Origin: Callorhinchus milii
Lineage: Eukaryota
DNA: 64,000 nt
Reading direction: 5' to 3'
Assembly (NCBI RefSeq): GCF_018977255.1
Contig: NW_024704743.1
Span: 89,158,001-89,222,000 of the forward strand
Positions within the stretch are counted from its first letter, which is position 1. Each line of letters starts with the position of its first letter. The position numbers and the translations under genes are program-made. Below are positions 62,705 to 64,000 of this stretch, in pieces. Below the pieces are notes generated by a model. The model saw only the letters and a list, made by a program, of their open reading frames with translations, made no database searches and had not been told where the DNA came from.

Positions 62705-63384
62705 AATACTGGTTTCTGAGCCAGGCAGGTCCACAGCCCTCCAGGGCACTGTCACTGTTGATGACAGACCAGCGGCCTGCTTCAGCAGCAGGACTCGAAG
62801 GGGCAGATCAGTCTTCCCACTCCGCTCTGGTTAATCCTGCATGCCAAGGCCCTAATGGATAGAGTGCTAATGTTCAGGTACAATTTGTTACAGAATAGGT
62901 TGAATGCAAAACTGGTTTGATTTGTACCTAATTAGCACTTGTATGACAATTGATTTCTTTTCTCTCATTCCACTTCACCGTTCCTTAAGGTGAGATAACA
63001 TTTCACGAGTATCAGTTCTCCTCATATACCTTAGAAAAGTTCATATAGAAGCCTAGGCAGTCAGTATTGCAAGACAAACAGCTGCGACTGGATTTGTCTT
63101 CATCTGGAACACTGGGAATTGCAATTCAACCTTAAGCCTTTCTGGTCTGTATGGCTAAGTGCCACACAACACAGTGCAGGAAGTCCTGCCAAAATATTTT
63201 GTTAAATAAGGATTAAAAATACAATATTTCATAACAGGGTGAATACAACAATTATCACATTGAATATAATATAGGCTATCACATTTTCACCATGTAGTTT
63301 TTGGCATAATTTTTCATTTCAGTAGAAAACCATTGATTTTTTTGCAGGGAAACAATACATATAATATATTGGATTTGCAGACTT

Positions 63385-64000
63385 GGTATAAGTTGGTTAG
63401 GTTTGCAGTTAATACCAAGTTGGGGAGAACAGTGGAATCAGAGGTGGCAACAATAGTCTTACAACAAGAGCTTGATACAGTATTTACATGGAATACCCAA
63501 ATTATTCCAGACTGGCAAATGAAGCTCAATACAGATAAATGCAAAGTACAGAACATAGAAAGTAAAAAATAGGAGGCATACACATAATCTGAGGATATGA
63601 TAGAATCTACCAAGAGGGAAGAGGGAATCCAAAAGATTTTTTAAATGAATCTTATCTATATTGTAAAAATATAGGGCGTTAATTGACTCATCACTCACAA
63701 TGTCTAAATAGTGTGAGATAGCAAATAAACAAGGCAAACAGGATGTTGGATTATATAGCCAAATCAGTTGAGTTCAGGTCACCAGAAGTCATGCTAAAGT
63801 TGTACAGTTCTCTGATCTGGCAATTCCTAGAGCTCTATATATAGTTCCAGTCACCATAACAGAAGAGAGCTCCCAGGCTTTAGAGTCAGTGCAGAAGCGA
63901 GCAGCAATAATGTGCTATGAGCAAAGACAAGACAAGCTGGGGAAAAATACATGTCATGAAAAATACATCTAAATGGGACCTTATAGAGATAGATAAGATT
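63385..64000 (+). mobile_element. Old CR1 LINE RT fragment
   Basis: RFAVNTKLG..WQMKLNTDKCKV, then ANRMLDYI and ALESVQKRA motifs. Confidence 0.85.

Noticed and set aside
1..64000. CRISPR arrays, operons or other prokaryotic/viral systems
   Set aside because: No regularly spaced repeat-spacer array and no gene-dense region. The sequence is intron-containing vertebrate DNA.

Overview
Vertebrate genomic DNA. The repeat content (L2, CR1, Penelope-like elements, tRNA-derived Deu-domain SINEs) points to a cartilaginous fish, plausibly a holocephalan; this is inference. The only host gene signal is the first coding exon of mmp16 (MT3-MMP) at 59089-59232 (+), ending in a canonical GTAAGT donor. About 59 kb upstream is repeat-dense intergenic DNA, and about 4.8 kb of intron 1 follows. 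Almost every other ORF in the track is a decayed retroelement fragment or a microsatellite translation. I found no convincing novel multi-gene system. The best leads are small. A ~250 bp near-identical direct duplication in intron 1 has a first copy that reads as a 120-nt phase-0/0 stop-free candidate exon. A 5-codon uORF abuts the mmp16 start. Penelope termini carry degenerate minimal hammerhead ribozyme motifs. There is also an unclassified 5-copy dispersed repeat, a fully palindromic ~235 bp MITE-like family, a SINE/L2 shared 3' stem-loop, and several nested insertions that order the TE waves. Repeat boundaries were read by eye and are approximate (about +/-10-30 bp). Family names rest on remembered motifs, not database searches.
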